Shown: positions 1 through 13,239, counted from the stretch's first letter. The stretch: DNA of 64,000 nt from Octopus vulgaris (GCA_951406725.2 OX597814.1:61628001-61692000); one strand, 5' to 3'. The notes: generated by a model from the letters alone, not told the origin. Numbers and translations are program-made.

Positions 1-2
1 AC

Positions 3-923
3 ACACGCTCATACTGCATTGACTACAAAAATCAACAAGCAGCCGAACCACTAATAAATCATGAAATACCTACTACACCATGGACCAAAGTGGGTACAGA
101 CGTATTTCACCTGTCTGGAAATTCGTATGTCACAATTATTGACTATACAACAAGATTTTTTGATCTACACGAAATAAATGATTGCCAGTCAAAAACCGTA
201 ATCAAAAAATTAAAAGAAACTTTTGCTAAATTCGGAATTCCGCAAACAGTTGTAAGTGACAACGGTCCAGAATTCAATTCGGCTGAATTCAAAAAATTTG
301 CAAAAAATTGGCATTTTCATCACACGAAGACAAGCCCGCATTATCATCAAGCGAATGGCATGGTTGAGAGAAATATACAGACAATAAAAAAGACGCTAAA
401 AAAAGCATTCAAAAGTGACGAAGAACCTCAGTTAGCGCTCTTAGCATTACGCACGACTAAATTACAAAATGGTGCACCATCCCCTGCAAATCAAATAATG
501 AATAGAACATTGCGAACAAATCTCCCAAACATACTACACGACAAAATTGGTATCAGGCCTCACGAAAAGAAGAAATCAAACATTACAACAGAACTCCCAG
601 AGTTAAAACCACACGACACGGTTAGAATTAAGTTTAACAACAATTGGTTTAGAAGGGACAAAATAATTAAAAAACTAGAGCAACCTCGTTCATACTTAGT
701 AATAACAGAGGAAGGAAATACAGTCAAACGAAATAGACAACATATTCTTAAAACAAACGAACACGTTCGCATAACAGAAGAATTAGATTATGAAAATATA
801 TTTCCAAAGTCAACAAACACGCATGAAAAAACAAAAACAGCACAACTCCAGAATTCAACACTACAAAATAATAAAACCACAAAAAGTGGACGACGAATAA
901 TTATTCCCTGTAGATACAGATGA
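3..923 (+). CDS. Ty3/Gypsy LTR retrotransposon Pol C-terminus, integrase core (5' partial, runs off window)
   Basis: Frame is open from position 3 (…PWTKVGTDVF). DDE residues lie in GTDVF, VVSDNGPEF and QANGMVERNIQTIKK. C-terminal PRSYLV…RNRQH and TKSGRRI motifs are typical of invertebrate Gypsy integrases. Followed by a PPT and LTR. Confidence 0.92.
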   Translation, partial: TRSYCIDYKNQQAAEPLINHEIPTTPWTKVGTDVFHLSGNSYVTIIDYTTRFFDLHEINDCQSKTVIKKLKETFAKFGIPQTVVSDNGPEFNSAEFKKFAKNWHFHHTKTSPHYHQANGMVERNIQTIKKTLKKAFKSDEEPQLALLALRTTKLQNGAPSPANQIMNRTLRTNLPNILHDKIGIRPHEKKKSNITTELPELKPHDTVRIKFNNNWFRRDKIIKKLEQPRSYLVITEEGNTVKRNRQHILKTNEHVRITEELDYENIFPKSTNTHEKTKTAQLQNSTLQNNKTTKSGRRIIIPCRYR

Positions 924-940
924 TATAAAAAAAAAAATTA

Positions 941-960
941 AAAAAAAAAAAAAAGGAAGA
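941..960 (+). other. Polypurine tract of the Gypsy element
   Basis: A-run then GGAAGA immediately 5' of the LTR TG at 961. Confidence 0.8.
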
Positions 961-1192
961 TGTTATATAATCATCACAACAAACATGAACAATCAACGTC
1001 GTCCATTGTCTCCCTTGATAAAAGGACTTTCACTTTGTTTCCCGCCAAAACAATTAACTTGTACAACAACGGCAGTCGAATAAAGTATCTCGTATCGTTA
1101 ACACGTTGTTTCAGTCTCTCTCATTTTCTTAATCTTTCATACTAAGTACTCACTACTTCCTTTAATACTCAATACATTATATATATATAACA
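961..1192 (+). mobile_element. Gypsy 3' LTR (232 bp)
   Basis: Starts TGTTATATA (961-969) and ends TATATAACA (1184-1192), a perfect 9-bp terminal inverted repeat with TG…CA. AATAAA at 1079-1084. Confidence 0.8.
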
Positions 1193-1217
1193 ACAACACC
1201 TAGTACTGCATCAGGGC

Positions 1218-1269
<52 letters not shown>

Positions 1270-1271
1270 GT

Positions 1272-1405
1272 ACCGTTGAGGTCGACTTTGTCTTTCATCC
1301 TTTTGGGGTCGACTAAATGAGTACCAGTTACACATTGGGGTTGATGTAATCGATTTAATCCCTTCCCCCGAATTCGAGGCCTTGCGCTTCCAGTAGAAAA
1401 AAATT
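1272..1405 (+). mobile_element. SINE fragment (family with GTCGACTTTGCCTTTCATCC core)
   Basis: Matches the central core of the copies at 12333, 37743 and 43033. Approximate limits. Confidence 0.7.
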
Positions 1406-1819
1406 ATTATTATCATATCTTGATTTGTATTCTTGTATTTCCTGCTTCCATATTTGATAACATTTCAAGTTTTCTTAACCTCTCTTTCCATTTCAAGTAG
1501 TGCTTTCCTTTGTGTTGTTTGCATGCAAATGTTAATTCGTTCTTTACTATATGATTCTTGTATTTCTTCGTTGTGTAAATATTCCTACTTGTCTCGGTTT
1601 TTCCCATTATATTTCTGTTTGTAATCTATCAGTTTTAACAGGTTTAACTTTCAATTGTTCTCATCCTTTGGCTATATTAATTTTCTTAAGTTTGATTCGT
1701 AATTTAATTACTACTAGATTAAGGTGTAAATTGATATCTGCTCCAAAATATGTTTTTTCAAGTTTCATACAGTTTCTAAACATTTGTTTTTATAAGCATA
1801 TAGATTTTAAATATTTTTT

Positions 1820-2155
1820 ACTTGTTTCATTTATTGGCCATGCTGGAGCACTAACCTGAAGGATTTTCAGTCGAATGAATCGACTCTAGTACTTATTTTT
1901 GTTTCTAAGCCTGTTACTTATTCGGTCTGTTTCTTTTACCGAACTGCAATGTTACGGGACGTAAAGAAACTAACACCGGTTGTCAAGCGGTGGTGGATGA
2001 CAAACACAAAGACACACACACACACACACACAGAGATGGGCTTGTTTCAGTTTCTGTCTCCCAAATCCACTTAGAAGGCTTTGCTCAAAGTACCGCGCAG
2101 TGAGACTGAAACCAGAACCATGTGGTTGGGAAACATTCTTCTTACTACACCACTT
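1820..2155 (-). mobile_element. tRNA-derived SINE with internal microsatellite
   Basis: Reverse complement resembles the copy at 48716-49445, including the internal (CA)n tract. Confidence 0.65.
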
Positions 2156-2491
2156 CACCTTGTTATATCATTTAAATTCTTTCATGATCTGTAATTTTCT
2201 TAGCGTTTGTTGAAGCAGACTACTAACTTGTTTCTTTGCCAATAACGATCCAGTCGATCCCCTCTTTCACTTCTTTCACTTAATCCATACTAGCATAATT
2301 ACTGGTGGTTTTTTTCTCTGCTGACGTTTAATTTAAAATCACTTATTGTGGTTTCTTTAGCTTTGATATATTTAATATACTTTTATATTTTTGTTTTTTT
2401 TTCTTGTAGTTTCATCACAATCATTCTGTCAAAAATTATTCCCTATCTAATTAATTATTTTGTTATTGCGTTTCATTATGATTTGTACTAC

Positions 2492-2890
2492 TAAGGTGGA
2501 GAGCTGGCAAGTTCACTAACACGCCGGACAAAATACTTAGCGATATTTCATCTTTACTTTCTGAGTTGAAATACCATCGAGCCCGACTTTGTCTTTCATC
2601 TTGTCGAGATCGATAAAATAAGTACCAGCTGAATACTGGAGTTGATGTGATCGACTTATCCACAGCTCTAAAATTGCTGGCCTTTTGATAATATTTAAAA
2701 CCATCAAGATTCTTAGTCTTGAGTCGGCGAACTGGCAGAATAGTTAGAGCGTCAGGCAAATAAGTGTCTGTTTCTTGATACTCTGAGTTCATATCCCGCA
2801 AGGGCCAACTTTGCCTTTCATTCGATACAACAAAGTGCCAGTCTAATCCCCTTCCCTCAAAATTGCTGGCCTTGTGTCCAATTAGAAAAC
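2492..2890 (+). mobile_element. Two adjacent diverged SINE copies
   Basis: Two GAGCTGGCAG-type heads (about 2492 and 2722), each followed by the CTTTGCCTTTCATC-like core and AAATTGCTGGCCTT tail. Confidence 0.65.
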
Positions 2891-4181
2891 CATTGTAATT
2901 CTCACTGCTTATTTTACACTCACTGTTCCCCAGAATACAACACTGTAATTTCACTTCCAATTTTGCCATCATCTATTTCTCTATTTTCAAATATTCCCAT
3001 GGTTTCAATATTCACAGTTTTTGATTTCCTGTATAAGACTGTCAAATTTTCTCGGCTCTGTAATGGTTTTGTGACCTAAATTCTTACATGTAAGATTTGT
3101 TCTTTGTTTTCCCGGTATGAATTCCAAACAATAACATTCAATAAATGTTTGGGTTACAATCAATCATCGTCAGCTGTCTCTCCCTCTGAGGAGTTCATTT
3201 CATCTTCTCTGCAGTTCGTTCCTGGATCAGTTGCAGTGGAGTGAGCGAAATGTTTTTATTCCACAGGTCTCACACGTTTGTATTTAAAAGAGAAAGGCTG
3301 CTCAATGTTGAAATGCCTTTCATCAGAGGCTTTTAAAAAGAATACGTTGGAGAATGTGGTCCAAGTTTCGTCACATATAAGGAAAGACAAACTAGTTATA
3401 ACTGGAATATTTAAATAGGACAGACCTGGGGCTAAACAAGATCAACGCTCTGAAAACATTGATAAAATCTAAGTCCACATCTGATTTGAGAGAACAGTTA
3501 CATGTAACTGAAGAGAGTGGAAAACCTCGGTGTTACAATTATCAATGCATAAACTGCTTGTAAACTTTTTTGCCGACATCGGTTCTGCCGCGACAACAAC
3601 CTCAGTATCACCCCTAACAGCAAGAAAGACAAATTAAGTAATGGCCGTATCATTATTAACAATAGCAGTAGCAGGGTTAACTGCGTCAACATCGCAACGT
3701 ACTAACCCTTTAGCTTTTCTATTACATTATCAAATGTATTGCTTATTTATTCACATTGTTTTGAATTAATCATGCATTACTTCATAGCTGTGGGAATTTG
3801 ATAATGTTACAACTTAGTTTTAGAATGACATTGTAGAGTGGGTGTGAGAGGCCTGATTCGGCTAGTTTGAACTTAAAACAGGTGGAATATTTGGGCCAGA
3901 TATGGCCTGTTTAAATGGTAAAGGGCTAAAGAAACTCAGAGAAGTGCCCTGTTGTAAACTACAGGGACACAAACAACTCCTGACATATCCAAAGACATAC
4001 CATTGTCTTGGTTGACTTCGCATCAAGTCATAGAGTGATTAATTGTCGAATCCGGGAGGAGAATGAAGGCGTCTAAGTCTGATCTTCACGTACAGAAATG
4101 TTGACAGATCTAAAGTGGGATGAGAATGTGACGGATTTGACAGTGAAACATTTAAACAACTACAATAACAAAACGAACAAA

Positions 4182-4278
4182 CAGCAGCAGCAGCAGTAGC
4201 CACAGCAGCAGCAACAGCAACAGCAGCAGCAGCAGCAACAGCAGTAACAACTGCAGCAGCAGCAGCAGCAGCAGCAGC
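4182..4278. repeat. Imperfect (CAG/CAA)n microsatellite
   Basis: Seen directly. Confidence 0.9.
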
Positions 4279-4399
4279 AATATAAGCAATAACACAGGTC
4301 AATGAAAGATCATCTACACTGTCACACGGCTTATGTTTTTATGATTTTAGTCGGGAGGTAAAGATTGTGCCCATGACCTTCATAGGTCCTCGTAATACT

Positions 4400-4600
4400 G
4401 ATTTCAAATTTTGGCAAAAGGTCAGCAAATTCAGGGGAGTTGGGAAGTCGATTATATCTACCCCAGTGCTCAATTGGTACTTATTTTATCGACCTCGAAA
4501 AAATGAAAGGCAAAGTCGACCTCAGTTGAATTTAAAGACGGACTAAATGCCGCTAAGTATTTTGCTCGATGCGGTAACGATTCAGCCAGCTCGCCACCTT
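4400..4600 (-). mobile_element. SINE copy
   Basis: Reverse complement of the same family (AATGAAAGGCAAAGTCGACC … CCAGCTCGCCACCTT). Confidence 0.7.
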
Positions 4601-5299
4601 GGGTCCTCGTAATATTGATACGGTTAATGTTTGGCTCGAACTGTTGGAAGTTGACATCTACAGAAAAATATGAAAATAGGTATTTTAGAGAGTGAACATT
4701 TTTTCGAAGAAGGATAGGGTTTAATGGTTAGTAATGTTCCCGGAAAATGAGACATAAAAGGGATAGGGTGTGCATGTGACTTTAGTGAAGGAGGTACTTA
4801 ACAAGTTAAATCCAAGGAGCAGAGGTTGTTGTAGAAATGGTAAAAAAAGATAGAGTGAGGAAACAGCATTGTATTAGAGGCTGTAGTACGTTGGTCAGTG
4901 ATTCCTTGCACATCGGTCGTGTGGCTTACTTTTAGATGAAGGTTTGAATAATTATCTGTGGAGCAGCAGCTTTGCCTCAGATGTGGGAAAAGTTATTTTT
5001 GTGCGGGTCTACTGTGAGTTGTGTTGAAAGTCAACTGGTGTTTAGTATTTTTTGTCTTTAAAGACTAGGGATAGCCTTAACGATGCATCTTTTGTTGAGT
5101 TATGGATGTGAGATCGTCAGGAGAGGTCATTAGTGGTTGAGAAGTCGAGCATTTGTAATGATTCTATAGGGTTTCAATTACGTGTTGTCAAGGCTGGGTT
5201 AACGTGCTGCAGGACATGTAACATACACATAAATATTAAAACATCAATATTTATCTGCATAATAAACTACAGTTTAAGAGTTATTTTCTAGATTTAGCA

Positions 5300-6500
5300 T
5301 GGGTAAATCTGTTGCTGAGATTGAAAATATCTATTTCACGCAGAAGTCCATTGATATTGTTCAATCTGTTTTGACCCACTTTTCAGTTCAGCATTAGCTG
5401 AATTTCTCAAGAGTAAGGGACAACTGATAAGAACAGTTCCGCTTATATGACTTGGTTCTACGGAATCTGGGCTGGTAGAAGATGAGAAAAGAGAAGGTCT
5501 CAAATTGGGGAAGTTAGCGTTGATAACTTTTTCTATCACATTTGGCATCTTGGCAGTGAGAGGGATAGGTTAGTAGTTTCAAGGACACAAATATTGCTCT
5601 TTTCTGGATAGGAGACTTTAGCAAGCCTTTAAACACTGGACTTCTATTTCTATCAGATAGAGTAACTTCAAAGGACCCCTTGTTAATTCGGCTGTTTATT
5701 TTTTTTAATAAAGTCAATCATATTTCAAATATCACCAATTAAAATTACGTTACATGTAATTGTATATCTAGTGTAGAAATAAAACAGCAAGGAAAATAAG
5801 GGAAAAATAACCCTGAATACCTGATTGCAATAGATATTTGTTATGACATTGCAGTATGATAGAATCTGGAAAAAAAGGCAGCAGGATAGTTGTTGAAGTA
5901 TGGGAGAAAGATTTTTGCAACTGACCTTTCTCATGGTAACCATCGTCTCTATGAACTGAAGTACTGCATGTAACAATAATTTGAATATTTGGCCATACAA
6001 ATATCAAAGGAAACAGGAAAGCAGCTGAATTAGCAAACGAGAAAATGCGAAAATAAATTATGTAAACAATATTCCAAAGCTATTACAAGTTAAATCAACC
6101 AGTAAAAGCGCAATTACTTAAGGGAGTAAAAAAATATTTTGCAAAGAATCAAGAGATGAACTTCAATCTTCCATTATCTCAACTAGATCTGTCAACATAT
6201 AACGCATATCAGAATCTAAGCAAGGTTAACAAAGATTTTGTTGGCTTCGAATGAGCCATATACCTGTAAACTATATTCTATCACGAACAGGTCCAATGCA
6301 ATCACCTTTATGTTTCTGTGCAGGCTATTCGGAAACCTTATGGCATCATTTATTTCAATACAAAACTCGCCAATCTAAGTGAACGTTTTAAAACTGGCCT
6401 TTAAAAGGTTACCAAGACTGGAGGTGTAATTATTTTCAAGGATCCACAAACCACAAATAAAACATCCCTATTCAAGGAGGCTGCAAAATGATTTAACAAA
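5300..6500 (+). pseudogene. Decayed 3' part of an RNase H-bearing LINE (I-group-like)
   Basis: About 5970-6040 reads VTII*IFGHTNIKGNRKAAELANE, matching the RNase H motif WxPGHxGIxGNExADxLAK. About 6242-6360 reads WLRMSHIPVNYILSRTGPMQSPLCFCAGYSETLWHHLF, a degenerate C-terminal zinc-knuckle region. Limits approximate. Confidence 0.65.
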
Positions 6501-6992
6501 AGAAACATTTAACTGTTCTTTTTCTGCACTACCTCGCACTCGCCTTTTTACTTTTTAGTAATTTTTTTCTTCATATAAATAAAAAGTATTATATATATTT
6601 CTCAGTCTGTCATGACATACCAGCTTCACATAGACGTTTAAATTGATAAAATAAAATACGATAAAAATAAGTATCTTCGACAGTAATAATAATAGTTATT
6701 GTTGTTGTCGTTGTTGATGTCCATGCCATCTTATCTTTTCGTATATCAGGAACTACATTGTATTCCACTTTTAATACAATAGGGTGTGATTTAAAGAAGA
6801 TTCGGTTGATGTTTCTAGCCGACGGAGCGACCGCATAAAATATTCGCCCACATAAGATGTAATAAATAAATTTATTACATAAGATGTAATAAATAAATAA
6901 AGCAATGCTATTGTTTACAACATTAATAGTGTTTTACAATGAAAAACAAGCAAAAGCAACTCTAATTTCAATAGTGACGATGACGACAACAG

Positions 6993-7100
6993 CAAGAAGA
7001 AGAAGAAGAAGAAGAAGAAGAAGAAGAAGAAGAAGAAGAAGAAGAAGAAGAAGAAGAAGAAGAAGAAGAAGAAGAAGAAGAAAAAGAAGAAGAAGAAGAA

Positions 7101-7136
<36 letters not shown>
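6993..7136. repeat. Compound (AAG)n(ATG)n microsatellite
   Basis: Seen directly. Confidence 0.95.
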
Positions 7137-7983
7137 AAAGTTAAGATGATTATGCGATTAACATTTAAAGTGATTTTAAGCCCAGAAGATTTCAACAAAG
7201 ATGATATTAGAAGCGTTAAGTTTTGAAAACAATAACAAAAATATCACAAATATTTGAAAGACCAGTACTATTATCGTATATCAACAGCAAAAGAAAAAAA
7301 GAAAGAAAGAAAGAAAATGTTTGTTCATGCCTTTGTAAATTGTATGATAGTTGATTCCTTCTGTCAGATGCTTTTAAATAGTTATGAAGCTGAAGCAATG
7401 TGTCAGCATCGCTGACATTAGATTGTCACCAAAACATGATGGTGGTGACGACCGACCATCAAGAAGCCTCAAAGCTGTTGCTTGACCTGCCAGAAATAGT
7501 AACTAATTTTCCCTCAAATTACAACCTACCGGCCAAAAACAAATAAAAGCACGTTGGATAATGGTGATACTGAATTCTTTACACCGGAGAGAAAGACGAG
7601 ATAGTCACTACGGTTTTTTTCTTGGGGTATTCATAATTATTATATTATTGTTACTGCTATTCCAAGCTGTCATAGCTTCATTGACAGTACTAATAATATA
7701 AAAAAGAAAATGCTATTTGGATGGCAGTTGACTGCTTAGAGTTCATCTGCCCTGAGACAGGTTTTGTTTTTCTTCGAGCAAGCTCTGTGGGGTTGTCGGT
7801 TTAGTCTCCGACGGCTCAACATTTGTGCGTCGATTTCGCGGCTTCATTAATGATGGCGGTGAAGTCGGGAGTATCTTGCGGCTTGATAACTAAGGGACGT
7901 GGACACGTAGTGAGAAGATGAAACAAAAGAGAAAGAAGAGTAAGAAAAAAGGAGGAAGAGAAAAGGGGAGAAAAAGATGGTGG

Positions 7984-8037
<54 letters not shown>

Positions 8038-8239
8038 AGAGGAGGGTCTTTTGATTTGTCTATATGTATAAACGAGCAAAACACCCCCAGTTCAATGAAC
8101 GGTGCTGAGTTGTCAGACATTTAAACCAAATTTTCTCAAAACAACTTGTCTGAGGCTTTCCTCATAGTCGGATAGATTTAGACGAGAAATGCATATTTAG
8201 TCAATTTACAAGTTTGTTTTATTGTTTTCTGATATATTA

Positions 8240-8503
8240 AAAATAAATAAATAAATGCGCCCTTTTAGAGCGTAGCCAGGCTCATGGGCTCGGTGTCCCG
8301 GTTTCAATGGCGTATATGTTCCCCAGCTGGACGGGACGCCAGTCCATCGCAGCGTTACTCCTTTTTGCCAGCTGAGTGGACTGGAGCAACGTGAAATGAA
8401 GTGTTTTACTCAAGAACACAACGCGTCGCCCGGTCCAGGAATCGAAACCACAATCTTACGATCATGATGCTGACACCCTTACCACTAAGCCACGCGCCTC
8501 CAC
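8240..8503 (-). mobile_element. Complete tRNA-derived SINE with 14-bp target-site duplication
   Basis: On the minus strand: A box TGGCTTAGTGG, B box GTTTCGATTCC and a (TTTA)n tail. TSD TTTCTGATATATTA at 8226-8239 and 8504-8517. Confidence 0.88.
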
Positions 8504-8624
8504 TTTCTGATATATTACATACGATTATTTGATACCGAAGAGTACACATTTTTATCCTTTATCTTCTACTTGTTTTAATCAGTAGATTGTAACCATGTTG
8601 GGGCACCCCCTTAAATCCTTTTTA

Positions 8625-8680
<56 letters not shown>

Positions 8681-8942
8681 CGACGATGAAATCGTTGGAA
8701 GGTGATTTCCAAAGTTAATATGTACGTTACTCGTGTCTTACTAACTACTTCAAAATGGTGCATAGTGGGGGGAAACTATTTTCATTTTCAGATTCCCCAT
8801 ATTTCAAAGCATATAATACTTCACTTTTTATGGAAAACGGAGGAGGGTGGAACACTCAGAAATCCCACTCCCAACCTCAATGGGGAGGGGGGATTGCATG
8901 CCCTAGTTTCCTAGTAACCTTTCGCCACTAATAGCAAGTATA

Positions 8943-9109
<167 letters not shown>

Positions 9110-9110
<1 letters not shown>

Positions 9111-10425
9111 CAGTAGTCTTATTTTTATCACGTGCTTTCACTGCACTACCGAGCGCAGATCTGTGTGCCTTGGGTATGTGCTGTGGTTTGTTGTGGTGCT
9201 CTTATTGTTACCGTGTTAAAAGTGTTTTAAGTAGGATGTGTGCGGTGCCTGGTTGTGCTATTTTCTGTGTTATATATATTTGTTAATCCTGGTGTTTTCG
9301 TTATGTATTTGTCTAAATATATTTTATCATACCTAATGCGCCTATTATGATTGTTTCTGTTTTTAGACTCCACATTCGAGTTACCTGTTTCCAGGTCTTT
9401 GTATTATGAAAGTTTCTCCTTTTCTTTTAGAGAAAGGTTGTCATCTGTTGGTATTAATAGATCGACTAGAAAGCATTTTTTTCTTGATGATCTCTGACAA
9501 CTATATCCGGCCTATTGGCCTTGATTTCTTTATCTCTGTGTATTGGCATATTCCATAATATGGCTGCTTTCACATTTTCTGTGTCCTTTTCTGGCGTGTA
9601 TTTATACCATCTTTTTTCTGTTGTTATTCCATAGTGTTGGCATAGCTTCCAGTTATATTGGTCCTTACTCTGTCGTGTCTGTGAATATATTCCTTCTTAG
9701 CCAGGACTGGGCAGCCAGAGAAAATATGGTTTATTGATACTTGTCCATCTCCACATATTCCAGTTACTTGTTATGTTTCTTTTTATTATATGTTTTATTA
9801 TATGGTGGGGAGGCTTTGGTCTTGTGTTGCAATTAAAAATCCTTCAGTATCTGCTTTGGGTCTTGAGCTTGTCAACCATGGTTGGAATTTTGCTTTGTGT
9901 ATTTCTTTTGCATTTAGTTTAACCTAGTATTTGCCTCGAAGGGGTTTTTCTTGCCATCATTTTATCATGATTCGTTGCTGTTCCAGTTTTAGTTTGGATT
10001 TCAGTTATTTTTCAGCTTTTGTTGTTTCTTCTTTTTCTTCATTGTTGTTAGGTACTTGTCAGCTTCCTTAAAAACTGAAAACAGTGTTTTGTTTTGTTCG
10101 TGTTTTGTGGCTATTTGAAATAGTCTTCCTGCTTCTGAAGTAGGTGTTTTTGAAGATCTATGGTGGTTATTTTGTAATAGTTTTCTAGCTGTATAAGGCC
10201 TCTACCACCTTCTATATGCTGTATATATAACCTTTCTATGTCAGATTTTGGGTGGTGCATCCTAAATCCTGTCCTTATTTTTCTTGTTTCTTGTCTATTT
10301 TAATTAGTTCATTTAGTGTCCAGTTAAGGATATTGTAGCTGTAACTTATAAATGGGATGGTTAGAGTATTGATACCTATTATCTTATTTTTCGCATTAAA
10401 CCTTTTTTCAGTATTAATCTAACTC
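9110..10425 (-). mobile_element. 5'-truncated R4/Dong-like non-LTR retrotransposon (restriction-like endonuclease)
   Basis: Minus strand about 9565-9465 reads ILWNMPIHTDKEIKANRPDIVVRDHQ…, the RLE RPD motif. Both sides are TTA-containing arrays (9012-9110, 10426-10543). Many stops and frameshifts. Confidence 0.72.
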
Positions 10426-10543
<118 letters not shown>

Positions 10544-11659
10544 TAAATAGTTCTATTTTTAGTGCATGTTTTTGATGTACCACCGTGTTCAGGTCTTTGA
10601 GCTTCAATAAAAGTAGTGTCTTGTTTCCTATTTGTGCTAATTTATTGTTTTGAAGATATTCAACGTGCATTTTCCAATATTGCCAAGTTGTTTTGAACTT
10701 TGTAAAGAACCATTTTCCCTTAGACCATATATATCGGATGATCTTTGATAAAAATAGAGATAAGCTGAGTTACAATTTGCACTTAAAATTTGCGGCTTAT
10801 GTGGCAAATATAAACAGAAGAATCTTTTCAGTACGAAAAGACAAAATTCATCCCCTCTATATTGTAACACCTCTGAAATCTTCCCTCTCAAAGGTACATG
10901 CCATTCTATAGCAGTGGTTTATCTTACAGATGACAGGAAAACAAAAAGCTGCATAAAACTCACTGAAAATCATTTAGAAATTCTCGCAATACACTTGCAC
11001 ACACACACTCACGCACATATTCAGTTACTTAGAGAGAGAAACATTACTATTTCACTTTGTAAATATATTTGAGGTGTAAAGCAATTATTAGAACACCGGG
11101 ACCTTTTCAGTGACGGCATCTCCTAAAATGTGTGGTTGATGTCCTTCTGTTGCAATTTTAATCAAAACATCTGAATTGGTAATTCTTGCAGGCGCTTCAG
11201 TGAAAATTTATTGAGGGATTTTTAATTACCGTGAAATTATAATATTAGATTTCCTGCCTAAATGATTTTGGCATTGGAAAGATAATTGCATATAAAAAAA
11301 ATAAATCACATATTTATCAAATCTTCAAATGCACCAACAAGAACTACTTTCCATGTGCACGTGCATTTTTGAAAGAGTACTCAAGTCATGAAAATATCAC
11401 ACGTTTTTGCACGTGAATAGATGAAAACATCACTCGTTTCTCAACATAATAAAGAATAAATGAAAATATGATGTATTTTAAAACAGATTTTTTTTCTCTC
11501 AGTAACCGTTCAATAATTTTTCATAAGCAGCTTACAGCTACTTAGGAAAAATTCAATGAGCAATAGCTAGAGCGAAATTAAATGTATGGTAAATAGGTGT
11601 ACAGATGTATGTTTATAAACTTATGCACAAACACGCAAAGTAATTTAATTCGTGTATGT

Positions 11660-11708
<49 letters not shown>

Positions 11709-12039
11709 TGTGTTTGTGTGTATGTGTGTGTGTTTGTGTGTATGTGTTTATATGCACGTACTACAGATGTATATCTATTTCTCTGGCAGCGTGTAGTTTT
11801 TGAAGTAGTAATGTGCGATTGTCAATCATCTCTAAAAGTACCTATCATTGTAACTAATTGTATAGTGGCAATAGCGAAGTCGCTAAAGTAGGTGAAACTT
11901 ATAAAGAAGTGAATGTGTATCGGTGTTAAGTCGTAAAGAATTTTGTTCACACTTCAATCTTAATTCAGTCACGTGTCTCAATTCAGTCAAGGTTTTGCAG
12001 AACTAGTTAGTCATAATCGACAAAATATTCTTTCTAATA

Positions 12040-12780
12040 AAAGTACAAGGCTAGAAATTTCTGAGAGTGGGATGTAGTCGATTACATCGACCCTAGTATA
12101 GGGAAGGTATTTACGTTTTTTTTTCGACCCCGCAAAGTTGAAAGGCAAACTCGACCTTGGCGAAGTTTTAACTCAGAGCGTAAAGTTAGATGAATGTTTC
12201 TAAGCATTTTTGTCCGGCATGCTAACAATTCTACCAGCTCACTACCTTCATCATCGACAATATATTGAGTCAAATTAAGGCGGCGAGCTGGCAGAATCGT
12301 TAGCACGCCGGACAAAATACTTAGCAATTTTTAAGGCGGCAGAAACGTTAGCACGCCGGGCGAAATGCTTTGCAGCATTTCGTCTGCCGTTACATCCTGA
12401 GTTCAAATTCTGCCGAGGTTGACTTTGCCTTTCATCCTTTCGGGATCGATAAATAAAGTACCAATTACGCACTGGGGTCGATATAATCGACTTAAACCGT
12501 TTGTCTGTCCTTGTTTGTCCTCTCTGTGTTTAGCCCCTTGTGGGTAGTAAAGAAATAAGAAACATTAGCATACCGGGCGAAATACTTAGCGGCATTTCGT
12601 TCGTCTTTACGATCTAAGTTCAGATTCCGCCGGAGTCGACTTTGCCTTTCATCATTTCGGAGTCAACAAAATAAGTAAGTAATAAGTTTAATCCATATAT
12701 CCTCCCACCACCACCACCACCACCACCACCACCGCTACCGCCAGAACCAATCTACTGACCTTGTACCAAAATTTGAAACC
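12040..12780. mobile_element. Cluster of SINEs: one minus copy (about 12040-12247) and at least three plus-strand heads (about 12275, 12333, 12558)
   Basis: Repeated TTAGCACGCCGG-like heads and GACTTTGCCTTTCATC cores. Confidence 0.8.
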
Positions 12781-13208
12781 AATGTATTAAATCAAATTTA
12801 GGAAATGTAAGGACTTGGTATTTAATACTATGGAAAGATTATTTGGAAAAGTTTTATGTGTAATCGTATTCTTATTATACTCTGAAATATTCTGGCCATT
12901 GATTTTATTCGGTTAGTTATAGTCACAACGTTTCCACTTCTGTGCATTCCGGTCTTTTCAGGTTCCTGACGTGGTCAGTAATGTTCTTTGAATTTCGAAT
13001 CGATTGCTTTACGGGGGTAAATTATTATTTTCGTAAACACACACACACACACACATACAGACAGACACACACACACACACACACACAGACAAACTAATAG
13101 TGCTTAAATTGCGCGCGAGCACACACACAAACTCATATATATATATATATATATTGAGAGAGAGAGACAGAGAGACAGAGAGGGATAGATATACACATAC
13201 ATATATAC

Positions 13209-13239
<31 letters not shown>

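Noticed and set aside
3265-3332. CTGATGA followed by an AAAGGC/GCCTTT stem on the minus strand
   Set aside because: No GAAA at the base of the stem and no convincing helix I or III; at most a dead HHR.
4620-5200. Possible very old PLE coding remnant on the minus strand
   Set aside because: Only faint motif similarity; cannot be supported without a search.
6905-7198. Poly-Arg and poly-Ser ORFs; also poly-Ala at 4039-4302 and poly-Met/Asn/Lys at 8903-9103
   Set aside because: Trinucleotide repeats with no flanking coding signal.
8430-8503. tRNA-like sequence with A and B boxes
   Set aside because: It is a SINE head, continuing into the SINE body with a TSD; no full cloverleaf. The same applies to the other heads.
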